Shown: positions 38,627 to 47,034 of the stretch, one piece after another | How positions within the stretch are numbered: the first letter of the stretch is position 1 | Layout of the letters: every line of letters starts with the position of its first letter | Assembly (NCBI GenBank): GCA_027061725.1 | Contig: JAMOVG010000027.1 | Location: 2,416 to 66,415 of the forward strand | From: Desulfobacteraceae bacterium | GTDB lineage: Bacteria; Desulfobacterota; Desulfobacteria; Desulfobacterales; JALSRD01 | Length of the DNA stretch: 64,000 nt | Direction: 5' to 3' | Position numbers and translations under genes: made by a program | Notes under the pieces: model-generated | Seen by the model: only the letters and a program-made list of their open reading frames with translations | What the model was told of the DNA's origin: nothing | Database searches by the model: none

Positions 38627-40182
38627 CCCCCACCCGTACACCCGCCGACGGCTGCCTGCACAACGTCGAGGTCCCGCAGCCCAGCCTGGAGAACAACACC
38701 GCCGACGCCGAACGCCTGGCCGAGGCCCTTGAAAAGGTGCTGGACGGAGGCCCCGTGCACCTGGGCCACGCCGTAGTGCGCCGACTGCCGTCCATGCTGC
38801 GCGCCGCCGATCACCGCCTGCGTTGTGCCGTGATCCGATACGGCGGGCACTGGCAGGTGTGCGGCATCCGCCCGGCCGACGACGCGGCCCCCATGACGGG
38901 CCTGGCCGTGGACCTGGGCACCACCCGGGTGGTGCTGCGCCTGGTGGACCTGGCCGGCGGCGAAACGCTGGCCGAGACGGCCTTCGACAACCCCCAGATC
39001 GAAATCGGGCCCGACATCCTGACGCGCATCCACCACGCCGAAAAACCCGGCGGACTGGAACAACTGCAGGAATGCGTCATCACGGGGATTGGGAATGCGC
39101 TGGAGGCGCTGCTGACCGACAGCGGGCGAAGCCCGCAGGACGTTTTCCTGACCGCCGTGGCCGGCAACACCGCCATGACCCACCTTTTTTTGGGCCTGGA
39201 ACCGCGCTGGATCATCCGCGAGCCCTACATCCCGGCGGTCAACCGGCCCGAGCTGCTAACCCCCCGGGATGTCGGCATCCCCATGAACGACATGGGGCGC
39301 ATCTTCGTCTTCCCCAACATCGGCAGCTACTTCGGCGGCGACCTGATCGCCGGCATCCTGTTTTCCGGCATGGACACCCGCGAACAGCCGGCTATCCTGG
39401 TGGACGTCGGCACCAATGCCGAGGTGGTGCTGGGCAACCGGGACTGGCTGATGGCCTGCGCCGGCGCCGCCGGACCGGCCCTGGAAAGCGGCGTTGCCGG
39501 CATCGGCATGATGGCGGCGCCGGGGGTCATCGAACGGGTGACCATTCACCCGCCGGACCGCCGCTTCGAACTGCGCACCATCGGGGGACTCCCGCCGGTG
39601 GGTATCTGCGGTTCGGGGGTCATCGACCTGGCGGCGCACCTGTTCATCTCCGGGATGATCGACATCCGGGGACGCTTCGTCCCCGAGAAATGCGGCGACC
39701 GGCTGGTAAAGGACGAAAACGGCATCGCGCAGCTGGTGCTGGTGCCGGCCGAAAAGTCGGGCACGGGGCGGGACCTGACCATCGGGCAGCCCGACCTGGA
39801 CAGCCTGATGCGCTCCAAGGCGGCCATGTACACCATTCTGGAGACCATCACCGACAGCGTGGGCCTGTCCATGGAAGAACTGGACAAGTTTTTCGTGGCC
39901 GGCACCTTCGGATCACTGATCGACCCGGTGTCGGCCATCCGCATCGGCATGCTGCCGGACCTGCCCCTGGAGCGCTACGAGGCGATTGGCAACAGTTCCC
40001 TGGGCGGGGCCACGCAAATCCTTACCGACTGCAGCGCCACCGGGCGCGTCGAAGCCATCCGCCAGCGCATCACCTACATGGAGCTCAACGTCAACCAGGA
40101 CTTCATGAACCGCTTCAGCGCCGCCAAGTTCCTGCCCCATACCCACCCCGAACGCTTTCCCTCGGTGAAGGTCTGGGGGTAG
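38623..40182 (+). CDS. ASKHA (DUF4445)-domain protein related to corrinoid reductive activators, lacking the N-terminal ferredoxin domain
   Basis: ATG 38623 overlaps the cobB stop (ATGA). It has the ASKHA phosphate-1-like motif GLAVDLGTTRVVL, then VAGNTAMTHLFLG, DVGTNAEVVLG, AGPALE and ICGSGVIDL. Confidence 0.7.
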   Translation: MTPTRTPADGCLHNVEVPQPSLENNTADAERLAEALEKVLDGGPVHLGHAVVRRLPSMLRAADHRLRCAVIRYGGHWQVCGIRPADDAAPMTGLAVDLGTTRVVLRLVDLAGGETLAETAFDNPQIEIGPDILTRIHHAEKPGGLEQLQECVITGIGNALEALLTDSGRSPQDVFLTAVAGNTAMTHLFLGLEPRWIIREPYIPAVNRPELLTPRDVGIPMNDMGRIFVFPNIGSYFGGDLIAGILFSGMDTREQPAILVDVGTNAEVVLGNRDWLMACAGAAGPALESGVAGIGMMAAPGVIERVTIHPPDRRFELRTIGGLPPVGICGSGVIDLAAHLFISGMIDIRGRFVPEKCGDRLVKDENGIAQLVLVPAEKSGTGRDLTIGQPDLDSLMRSKAAMYTILETITDSVGLSMEELDKFFVAGTFGSLIDPVSAIRIGMLPDLPLERYEAIGNSSLGGATQILTDCSATGRVEAIRQRITYMELNVNQDFMNRFSAAKFLPHTHPERFPSVKVWG

Positions 40183-40188
40183 AAGACC

Positions 40189-41406
40189 ATGGCTGAACAC
40201 CGCGGTGCCGCCGACGGGCCGGGCGCTTCCCGCCAAGTGATCGCCACCATCCTGGCCGCCACCCTCTGCCGCGTCGTGCTCAACGTCTCCCGGCGCTTCG
40301 CCTATCCATTTGCCCCGGTGCTGAGCCGCGGTCTGGGCGTTCCGCTGACGGCCGTCACCTCGCTCATCGCTCTCAACCAGGCCACCGGACTGGCGGCCCT
40401 GGCCAGCGGCCCCGTGGCCGACCGCTTCGGCTACCGCCCCCTGATGACGGTGGCCATGGCCCTGTTGATCGCAGGCATGCTGGCGGCCGGCTTGGTGCCC
40501 CTCTACGGCGTGGTGCTGATTTGCCTGCTGCTGGGCGGTACGGCCAAAAGCGTCTTCGACCCCACCGTGCAGGCCTACGCCGGTGAGAACGTGTCCTACT
40601 CCCGGCGGGGCATGGTGATCGGCATCATGGAGTTCAGCTGGTCGGCCAGTTCGCTGGTGGGCATTCCCCTGATGGGGCTGCTGATTGACCGCTTCGGCTG
40701 GCGGTCCCCTTTTTTCGCCTTGGCGGCCGCCGGACTGGGGGCCTGGGCACTGCTGGCGATGACCTTTCGCAGCCACCGCTCCCGGCACCGGCCGACCCGC
40801 ACGGCGGGTAATCCCCTGGGGGCCTGGCGGGAGCTTCTGGCCCATCGCCCGGCGCTGGGGGCCGTGGGATTCGCCTTTTTCATCAGTCTGGCCAACGACA
40901 ATCTCTTTGTAATCTACGGGGCCTGGCTGGAAAAGGCCTTCGGCTTGGGGGTAGTGGCCCTGGGGGTGGGGACCGGGCTCATCGGAGGCGCAGAGTTTCT
41001 GGGGGAACTGTTGACCGCCACACGTGCGGACCGCATGGGGCTCAAGTGGGCGGTGTGCGGGGGGACCGCTCTTTCCATCTTCAGCTACGGGCTGCTGCCC
41101 CTCTGCGAGGGCACGTTGCCCCTGGCCCTGGCCGGGCTTTTCGGGGTTTTTCTGACGTTCGAGTTCAGCCTGGTCTCGTTCCTGTCTCTGGCCACGGAGC
41201 TGATGCCCGGGCTGCGGGCCACCCTCATGGCGTCGCTGCTGGCCGCCGCCAGTCTGGGCCGGATGGTGGGAGCGCTGCTGGGCGGCCCCCTGTGGCTTTC
41301 CCGGGGTATCCGCGGCACAGTGCTGGTGTCATGCGCAACGGCTCTCTTGGGCCTGGCGATCCTGCTTTGGGGATTGTACAGATGGCGGGTCGAAAAGCCG
41401 GCTTGA
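40189..41406 (+). CDS. MFS transporter
   Basis: It has about 12 hydrophobic segments. The loop 2-3 motif reads GPVADRFGYRP. Confidence 0.75.
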   Translation: MAEHRGAADGPGASRQVIATILAATLCRVVLNVSRRFAYPFAPVLSRGLGVPLTAVTSLIALNQATGLAALASGPVADRFGYRPLMTVAMALLIAGMLAAGLVPLYGVVLICLLLGGTAKSVFDPTVQAYAGENVSYSRRGMVIGIMEFSWSASSLVGIPLMGLLIDRFGWRSPFFALAAAGLGAWALLAMTFRSHRSRHRPTRTAGNPLGAWRELLAHRPALGAVGFAFFISLANDNLFVIYGAWLEKAFGLGVVALGVGTGLIGGAEFLGELLTATRADRMGLKWAVCGGTALSIFSYGLLPLCEGTLPLALAGLFGVFLTFEFSLVSFLSLATELMPGLRATLMASLLAAASLGRMVGALLGGPLWLSRGIRGTVLVSCATALLGLAILLWGLYRWRVEKPA

Positions 41407-41629
41407 CGGGCGCATGACAGCCTTTATAAGCCGGGAGCACACGCGTTCCATCCGAGGATCCTGCCTGAGGGCTCTGCCCCCGGCTGGTCAAAACGGAAAA
41501 GTTCCGCTGGCTCCGCCGAAAGCGCCCATTCGAAAGCATCCGTGGGGCATTGCCTTTCACCGCCAGTGGACCGATCATGTCATGCCAGAAAAAGCCAATG
41601 AAAAGCGACCGCCCCCGGACGACGCTCCG

Positions 41630-42001
41630 TCAGAGCTTCACTCCCGCCTGCCTGACCCGCTGCAGGTCGACGCCGGCGGCCAGCAGTTGCCTCAGGAAGC
41701 GGTGGCGCGGGGCCACGCAGGCGAAAAACAGCGCAAACACCACCACCAGGGAAAAGGCCTCCAGGCCGGGGTTCATGCCGCAGATGGAAATGGACGCCAG
41801 CACCAGCAGGCTGACGCCGAGGAACAGCAGCCGCTCGCAGCTGCTCTCCAGCAGATCCCTGAGTTCCGAAAAGGTGGGCCCGTCCAGTTCGGCAAAATTC
41901 TCCCGGCTGAAGCGCGACAGACGGCGCCTGCGGCTGTAGTGCATGGCCAGCAGAACGGCGCTGCCGACCAGATAGATGATGTCGTCGAGTCCTATCATCA
42001 T
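41630..42001 (-). CDS. Hypothetical small membrane protein
   Basis: There are two or three hydrophobic helices. The start is taken at ATGATG 42001. No motif was recognised. Confidence 0.4.
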   Translation of the reverse strand: MMIGLDDIIYLVGSAVLLAMHYSRRRRLSRFSRENFAELDGPTFSELRDLLESSCERLLFLGVSLLVLASISICGMNPGLEAFSLVVVFALFFACVAPRHRFLRQLLAAGVDLQRVRQAGVKL

Positions 42002-42084
42002 GGTTCCCAAGCCCTCTCGTGGAAGTTCCGCCCGGTTTTGGCAAAACCGGGCGGTTTTCACTTTTCAGCAAATGCCCGCCGACG

Positions 42085-43680
42085 CTATCCCGCCGCCACC
42101 TGTCCGGCGATGTTGGGAATCTGCATGCCGTGGTGGAACAGGTAGGCGATGATAATAGCCACCGGTATGATGAAACAGAACAGGGCCACGAAGTAGACCC
42201 ACACCATGCGGCCGAACTTGGCCTCGGCCAGCTTGCTGAAGTCTGTGATGATCCCCAGGCTCATGAAGGTCAGCATGAAGAACAGCTTTCGGAAGCCCTT
42301 CTCCACCGGCACGGCGCCGGCCTTGGCGGCCTTGAGCACGTGCATGCCTTCCGGTGCGCCGGCTCCGTTGGCAAAAAAGATGCCCAGGTAGATGAACCAG
42401 GCGGCGAAGTAGCCCAGCACGAATTTCGGGAAACGGTGCCAGACCTCCGAGGCCTGCACCGTCTCCCCGGGCCGGCGGTCGATCTTGTACACCCAGATCA
42501 TGGCCAGCACGAAGGCCCACAGCCCGATGAACATATCGATCCACACCTTGGTCATTACGGCGCTGGTCGTGATCACGCCTTCAGGCCACACCACGGCGCC
42601 GTTGGTCTCGGCCGTCACCTTGTTGCGCATGAACTCGTCGAGCAGATCGCCGGCGGCGGCGTCGGCGCCGTCGGTTTTAACCGCCATGCCCATGGCCGAC
42701 CCGGCCACCAGCGGGTCGGCGGTTCCCGGCCAGATGTGGGTGAAAAAGCCCGGCAGAACGACCAGTTCAATGACCGCCCAGACCACCACCAGGGCCGACA
42801 CCATGATGGAAACCACCGGTTTGGCGCGCACGGCCCCGCCAGTGGCCACGGCCGCCGACACGCCGCAGATGGAAATGCCGGATCCGAGCACGGCGGCGGT
42901 CTTGCGCGGCAGTTTGAACATCTTGCGCGCGATGAGGTAGATGCCCGGCCAAAAAATTAGGTAGGCCACGATGGTGGCCACGGCGCCGGCCAGGAACAGG
43001 TGCCCGGTCAGGCTGGCCATCTGCTGCCCCATCTTGGCCGAGGTGGCCGCGGCCTTGATGGGCAGGTACCCCACCTTGACCCCCAGAAACACGATGGCCG
43101 TCTTGATGTACCACTCCGGCTTGGCCGCTACGCTGAGGTAGTTGGCGAAGCCCTTGAAAAAATTGCCGATGATCAGACCGAAGATCAGCGCCAGGATAAA
43201 CGAGGCTCCGCCGCCCAGCGAGAGCGCAAAGTTCAACCCGTACTGGTGCCAGTTGGTCTTGTTGGCAGCGAAAAAGGCATGGTGGCCGATGAACCAGGTG
43301 GCGATGGTCAGGAAGTAGATGATCGTCCAGCCGATGAAAAAGCGCTTCAGATCCCACTTCATGCTGGCCGCGCCGATGCAGGTGGCAATGGTGAAGATCA
43401 CGTAGGTCCAGATGATGCTCCACCAGCCCAGGCTTTTGTAGAAGGCCTTGGCGGTCAGGCTGTACTTGCTGCCCAGCGCGTAGAAAGCGTGGCTGATGGC
43501 GCCCTTGCCGCCCTCTGGCACGTTGAAGACCCACTTGGTGGGATAGACCGCCCAGCCCACCAGGTCCACCCCGGCGATGGAGAGCAGGCCCAGAAAAAAG
43601 AAAAACAGTCCCAGGTAGACGGCCCACCAGTCCTCCTGGGTGGCCATCCCGGAATACCATTTCCGATTCACCGATGTCAT
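42085..43680 (-). CDS. Polytopic membrane transporter, distantly YeiH/UPF0324 (putative sulfate-exporter family)-like
   Basis: GGAAGGAGG lies upstream of ATG 43680. The protein has more than 12 hydrophobic segments. The motif GSGISICGVSAAVATGG is reminiscent of the YeiH family, but at 531 aa the protein is much longer than YeiH. Confidence 0.55.
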   Translation of the reverse strand: MTSVNRKWYSGMATQEDWWAVYLGLFFFFLGLLSIAGVDLVGWAVYPTKWVFNVPEGGKGAISHAFYALGSKYSLTAKAFYKSLGWWSIIWTYVIFTIATCIGAASMKWDLKRFFIGWTIIYFLTIATWFIGHHAFFAANKTNWHQYGLNFALSLGGGASFILALIFGLIIGNFFKGFANYLSVAAKPEWYIKTAIVFLGVKVGYLPIKAAATSAKMGQQMASLTGHLFLAGAVATIVAYLIFWPGIYLIARKMFKLPRKTAAVLGSGISICGVSAAVATGGAVRAKPVVSIMVSALVVVWAVIELVVLPGFFTHIWPGTADPLVAGSAMGMAVKTDGADAAAGDLLDEFMRNKVTAETNGAVVWPEGVITTSAVMTKVWIDMFIGLWAFVLAMIWVYKIDRRPGETVQASEVWHRFPKFVLGYFAAWFIYLGIFFANGAGAPEGMHVLKAAKAGAVPVEKGFRKLFFMLTFMSLGIITDFSKLAEAKFGRMVWVYFVALFCFIIPVAIIIAYLFHHGMQIPNIAGQVAAG

Positions 43681-43756
43681 GGTTACCGTCCTCCTTCCGT
43701 GTTGCAGGATTGCATGTACCGAGACCGCCCGCAGCCCGCGTGGGTGCCTCTCGCGG

Positions 43757-44011
43757 CTACCCTCTGACTTCAACCACTCGGTTGAAATAGTGCTGGGCAA
43801 AGGGACGCATCCATTCGGGGATGGTGGCATTGTCAAAGCCCATGAAGACCTTGGCGACCTGTCCCTTTTTCACCATTCCCCGGGCCCTCATCAGTCTGGC
43901 CAGTTCCACGTCGAGCTCGTCGAGCGTGGGGGACGCCAGGCGAAGGCGGTCGTTCTCGATGACCCAGTTTCTGCCGTCGTGGGTGATGACGACGTCCATG
44001 GCGGTTTCCAT
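43757..44011 (-). CDS. Hypothetical 84-aa soluble protein, co-operonic with the transporter
   Basis: METAMDVVITHDGRNWVIENDRLRLASPTLDELDVELARLMRARG... It starts 3 nt after the stop of the preceding small ORF. No family was recognised. Confidence 0.5.
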   Translation of the reverse strand: METAMDVVITHDGRNWVIENDRLRLASPTLDELDVELARLMRARGMVKKGQVAKVFMGFDNATIPEWMRPFAQHYFNRVVEVRG

Positions 44012-44013
44012 GG

Positions 44014-44199
44014 TCAGTGCAGTACCGAGGTGGGAACGATAAACAGCCCGATGACCAGTACGATGCCGGCGATGATGAAAGACCACACCACCAGCTTGGT
44101 CTCGATGGGCTCCCAGGGCTCGGCGTCGGCCAGCACGTCTTCGGCTTCGTACTCTCCGCCCGCCAGGGTGCTCGTGGATGCTGCCTCTTTCTCTGCCAT
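44014..44199 (-). CDS. Hypothetical 61-aa single-pass membrane protein
   Basis: AAAGGAGGAG lies upstream of ATG 44199. The acidic N-terminus is followed by the TM helix LVVWSFIIAGIVLVIGLFIV. Confidence 0.5.
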   Translation of the reverse strand: MAEKEAASTSTLAGGEYEAEDVLADAEPWEPIETKLVVWSFIIAGIVLVIGLFIVPTSVLH

Positions 44200-44384
44200 T
44201 GGCTCCTCCTTTGAATGATGGTCCTTGCCGATGCGCCGCGCACCGATGCGACGCGACCGCGGTGCGTGCCTCCACAGGACAGCGAACGGCACGGCACCTC
44301 CTTCGGACTTGTTTCGAGCAAGGGCCATGCCAATGTTCATACAATATACAACCACCTGTTTTATTGATATTTCCTACTGTAGCA

Positions 44385-44400
44385 GGCGATGCCGGTGCCA
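44385..44400 (-). promoter_or_regulatory. Sigma-54 (-24/-12) promoter candidate
   Basis: The minus strand reads TGGCAC-CGGCA-TCGCC, against the consensus TGGCAC-N5-TTGCW with correct GG/GC spacing. It lies about 185 nt upstream of the small-ORF/transporter operon and next to a sigma-54 activator gene. Confidence 0.45.
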
Positions 44401-44583
44401 ACTCCTGTTAGCAGCAGGCAACCTGGTGTTGGCAGTCAACGGGGTCCAGTCCCAAGTTCGGTTTGAAGGCCGCACCGCAGTTGTGCTAACATGATAAAAG
44501 TCGCAAGCACCTTTTGCGAACCACTGCCCGGCGGCCGTGGCGGCGGCCCGGGCCGGGACGCACCGACGAAGGAGGAACGCCTC

Positions 44584-47034
44584 ATGGTTTTTCGCCGTTC
44601 TATGAGCCTGCAGACCAAATTCATCCTGGGCCTGGCGGTGTTCGCCCTCTCGCTGGGGCTTTTTTTCGGCGGCACGCTCTTTTTCCACCTGCGCAGCGTC
44701 ATGCTCCAGGAAGTCAGCGACAAGTCCAACCTGATCCTGGCCCAGGCCGATGCCGTGCAGGACTACGTCCGGCGCGACCTGCGCCCTGCCATGTTCGAAG
44801 TGCTGCCCCCCGACCGCTTCATCATCTCGGCAATGTCGTCCTCCTACATTTCACGCCACATCATGGAGCGCCTCAACGTCAAGGACACGCACTACTACTA
44901 TCGCCGCGTGGCGCTCAACGCACGCAACCCTGAATCCATCCCCACTTCCTTCGAGCGGGGAATCATCAGCCAGTTCCGCATCAACCACGCTCTCAAACGC
45001 TGGGAGGGCGACGTCACCATCCGCGGTGAAAAGTACCACCTCACCGCCCGTCCGGTGGTCTACGAGCAAAGCTGCATGCGCTGCCACGGGGAGCCGGAAA
45101 ACGCACCCACAGAACTGCTCACGCGCTACGGGCACGAGCGCGGCTTCGGCTACCCCGTCGGCGAAGTCAGCGGCCTGGTGGTCGCCGGTTTCCCGGTGCG
45201 CCACACCATCAGCCAGCTCAAGGACATCACTTTCGGCTACCTGGTGATGTACCTCATCGCCGTGGTGCTGTTTTTCGCCATGGTCAGCGTCTATTTCAAC
45301 AAGCTGGTGGTTCACAACCTTCACAACCTGACGTCCATCTTCCGGCGCCATTTCTCGGGGCCCGAGGAGCGCAGCATCATCGAGCGCCTGGGCAGCCACG
45401 ACGAAATCAGCGGCCTGGTGGGCGGCATGGAAGAGCTGGCGGGGCACCTGAACCGGACCAAGAAGGAGCTGGAGAAATACGCCCTCAACCTGGAGGAAAT
45501 GGTCGTCGAGCGCACGCTGGAGCTGCAGCAGGAAGTACTTCGGCACCGGTCGGACGTCAACCTCTTCGTCAACCTCTTGCAGGGCCTCAACCAGAGCGGC
45601 AGCCGGCCGGAAATGGTGGCCCACGCCGTCGAGCAAATCGGGCGGCGCTTCTCCGCCGAACGGGTGGTCTACTACTGCACGGTGGTTTCCCACCAGGTGG
45701 TAACCTGGCCGGAAGAGGAGGCCTGCGAGGACATTCCTGCCTTCTGGCAGCAGTTGATGAAGGATGACGACGTGCGCATCGAACCGTGCGCGGCATACGT
45801 GCCGGTGAAATCCCAGGACTGCGCCTGGGGCCTGTTGGGAATCCACTGGCCCGAGGGGAAAAAGCCTGACAAAATAACGAAGGAAGTAATGCTGGCGCTG
45901 GGCCAGCAGCTGGGCATCGCGCTGGAGAATATCCACGCCATCAACAACCTGACACACCAGAAGGACATGCTGCAGTCGGTGTTCGAAGGCATCTCCAATC
46001 CGCTCATGCTGCTCGACGCCGGCGGCGGAATTCTGATGGCCAACAAGTGGGCCGATGTGCTGATCGAAAAGGGCGCTTCCGGTGGACAGCTACGCCGCGC
46101 GCTGAAAGAAACGCTGGGACTGGACAAGGAGGGGATCATCCGGCGCATCCTTGACAATGGCACCCCCTGGGAGCAAAGCCTGCAGCTGGTGGACGGGCGA
46201 TCTTTCTGGACCAGCATCTACCCCATCGCCATCTACCGGCCCGAACCGGACTGCGTGGTGCTCTATGCCCGTGAAAATACGCGCGAAAAGCGCATGCTGG
46301 CCCGTCTGCAACTCGCCGAGAAGCTCAGTGCCGTGGGCCAGCTGGCGGCCGGACTGGCCCACGAAATCAACAACCCGCTGGGCGTTATCCAGTGCTATAC
46401 GGACATCCTGATGGCCGACACGGCCGACGAACAGACACGCAGCGACCTGGAAGTCATCGCCCGGCACACCCGCCAGGCCCAGGGGATCGTGCAGAACCTG
46501 CTGAACTTTGCACGCCCCAAGGCCTCGCTAGACGCCGCCTCCAGCCTCAACGCGGTCATCACCAACATCGCCGACGTCTTCCGGCTCCAGGCGGCCGGCA
46601 AATCCGCCCGGCTGGAACTGGACCTGTGCGGGGGCCTGCCCGACGTCCAGGGGGACGCCGCTTCGCTTGAACAGATCCTGACCAACCTGTGGCTCAACGC
46701 CTTCGACGCCGTCCCCGCCGGCAGCGGGCGTATCCGTATCACGACAGGCCTCGTAAAGGGCTCCGCTGAGGTGCTGCTGCAGGTCGCCGACAACGGCCCC
46801 GGCATTCCCGAGGAGCACCTGGAGAGCATTTTCGATCCCTTTTTCACCACCAAGGACGTGGGCCGCGGGTCCGGACTGGGCCTGGCCGTGGTGTACGGCC
46901 TGACCGGAGAACTGGGCGCCCGCATCGAGGTCGAGAACCGCGGTGGAGCCGTCTTCAGTATCTATCTGCCCACGACGCGAAAACAGCGCCAGGAGAAGAG
47001 CCGTGCAGACAAATGCGTCCATACTGATCGTTGA
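44584..47034 (+). CDS. Sensor histidine kinase with N-terminal heme-c-binding DUF3365-like sensor, HAMP, GAF/PAS, HisKA and HATPase domains
   Basis: GAAGGAGGA lies upstream of ATG 44584. The extracytoplasmic region between two TM helices carries a CMRCH (CXXCH) motif at 45073-45087. The H-box is LAHEINNPLG and the G boxes are DNGPGI and GSGLGLAVVYG. Confidence 0.85.
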   Translation: MVFRRSMSLQTKFILGLAVFALSLGLFFGGTLFFHLRSVMLQEVSDKSNLILAQADAVQDYVRRDLRPAMFEVLPPDRFIISAMSSSYISRHIMERLNVKDTHYYYRRVALNARNPESIPTSFERGIISQFRINHALKRWEGDVTIRGEKYHLTARPVVYEQSCMRCHGEPENAPTELLTRYGHERGFGYPVGEVSGLVVAGFPVRHTISQLKDITFGYLVMYLIAVVLFFAMVSVYFNKLVVHNLHNLTSIFRRHFSGPEERSIIERLGSHDEISGLVGGMEELAGHLNRTKKELEKYALNLEEMVVERTLELQQEVLRHRSDVNLFVNLLQGLNQSGSRPEMVAHAVEQIGRRFSAERVVYYCTVVSHQVVTWPEEEACEDIPAFWQQLMKDDDVRIEPCAAYVPVKSQDCAWGLLGIHWPEGKKPDKITKEVMLALGQQLGIALENIHAINNLTHQKDMLQSVFEGISNPLMLLDAGGGILMANKWADVLIEKGASGGQLRRALKETLGLDKEGIIRRILDNGTPWEQSLQLVDGRSFWTSIYPIAIYRPEPDCVVLYARENTREKRMLARLQLAEKLSAVGQLAAGLAHEINNPLGVIQCYTDILMADTADEQTRSDLEVIARHTRQAQGIVQNLLNFARPKASLDAASSLNAVITNIADVFRLQAAGKSARLELDLCGGLPDVQGDAASLEQILTNLWLNAFDAVPAGSGRIRITTGLVKGSAEVLLQVADNGPGIPEEHLESIFDPFFTTKDVGRGSGLGLAVVYGLTGELGARIEVENRGGAVFSIYLPTTRKQRQEKSRADKCVHTDR

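Noticed and set aside
41414-42145. A 243-aa plus-strand ORF lies opposite the small membrane-protein gene.
   Set aside because: The translation is low-complexity and Gln/Pro/Ala-rich with no RBS. The minus-strand ORF has coherent TM helices.
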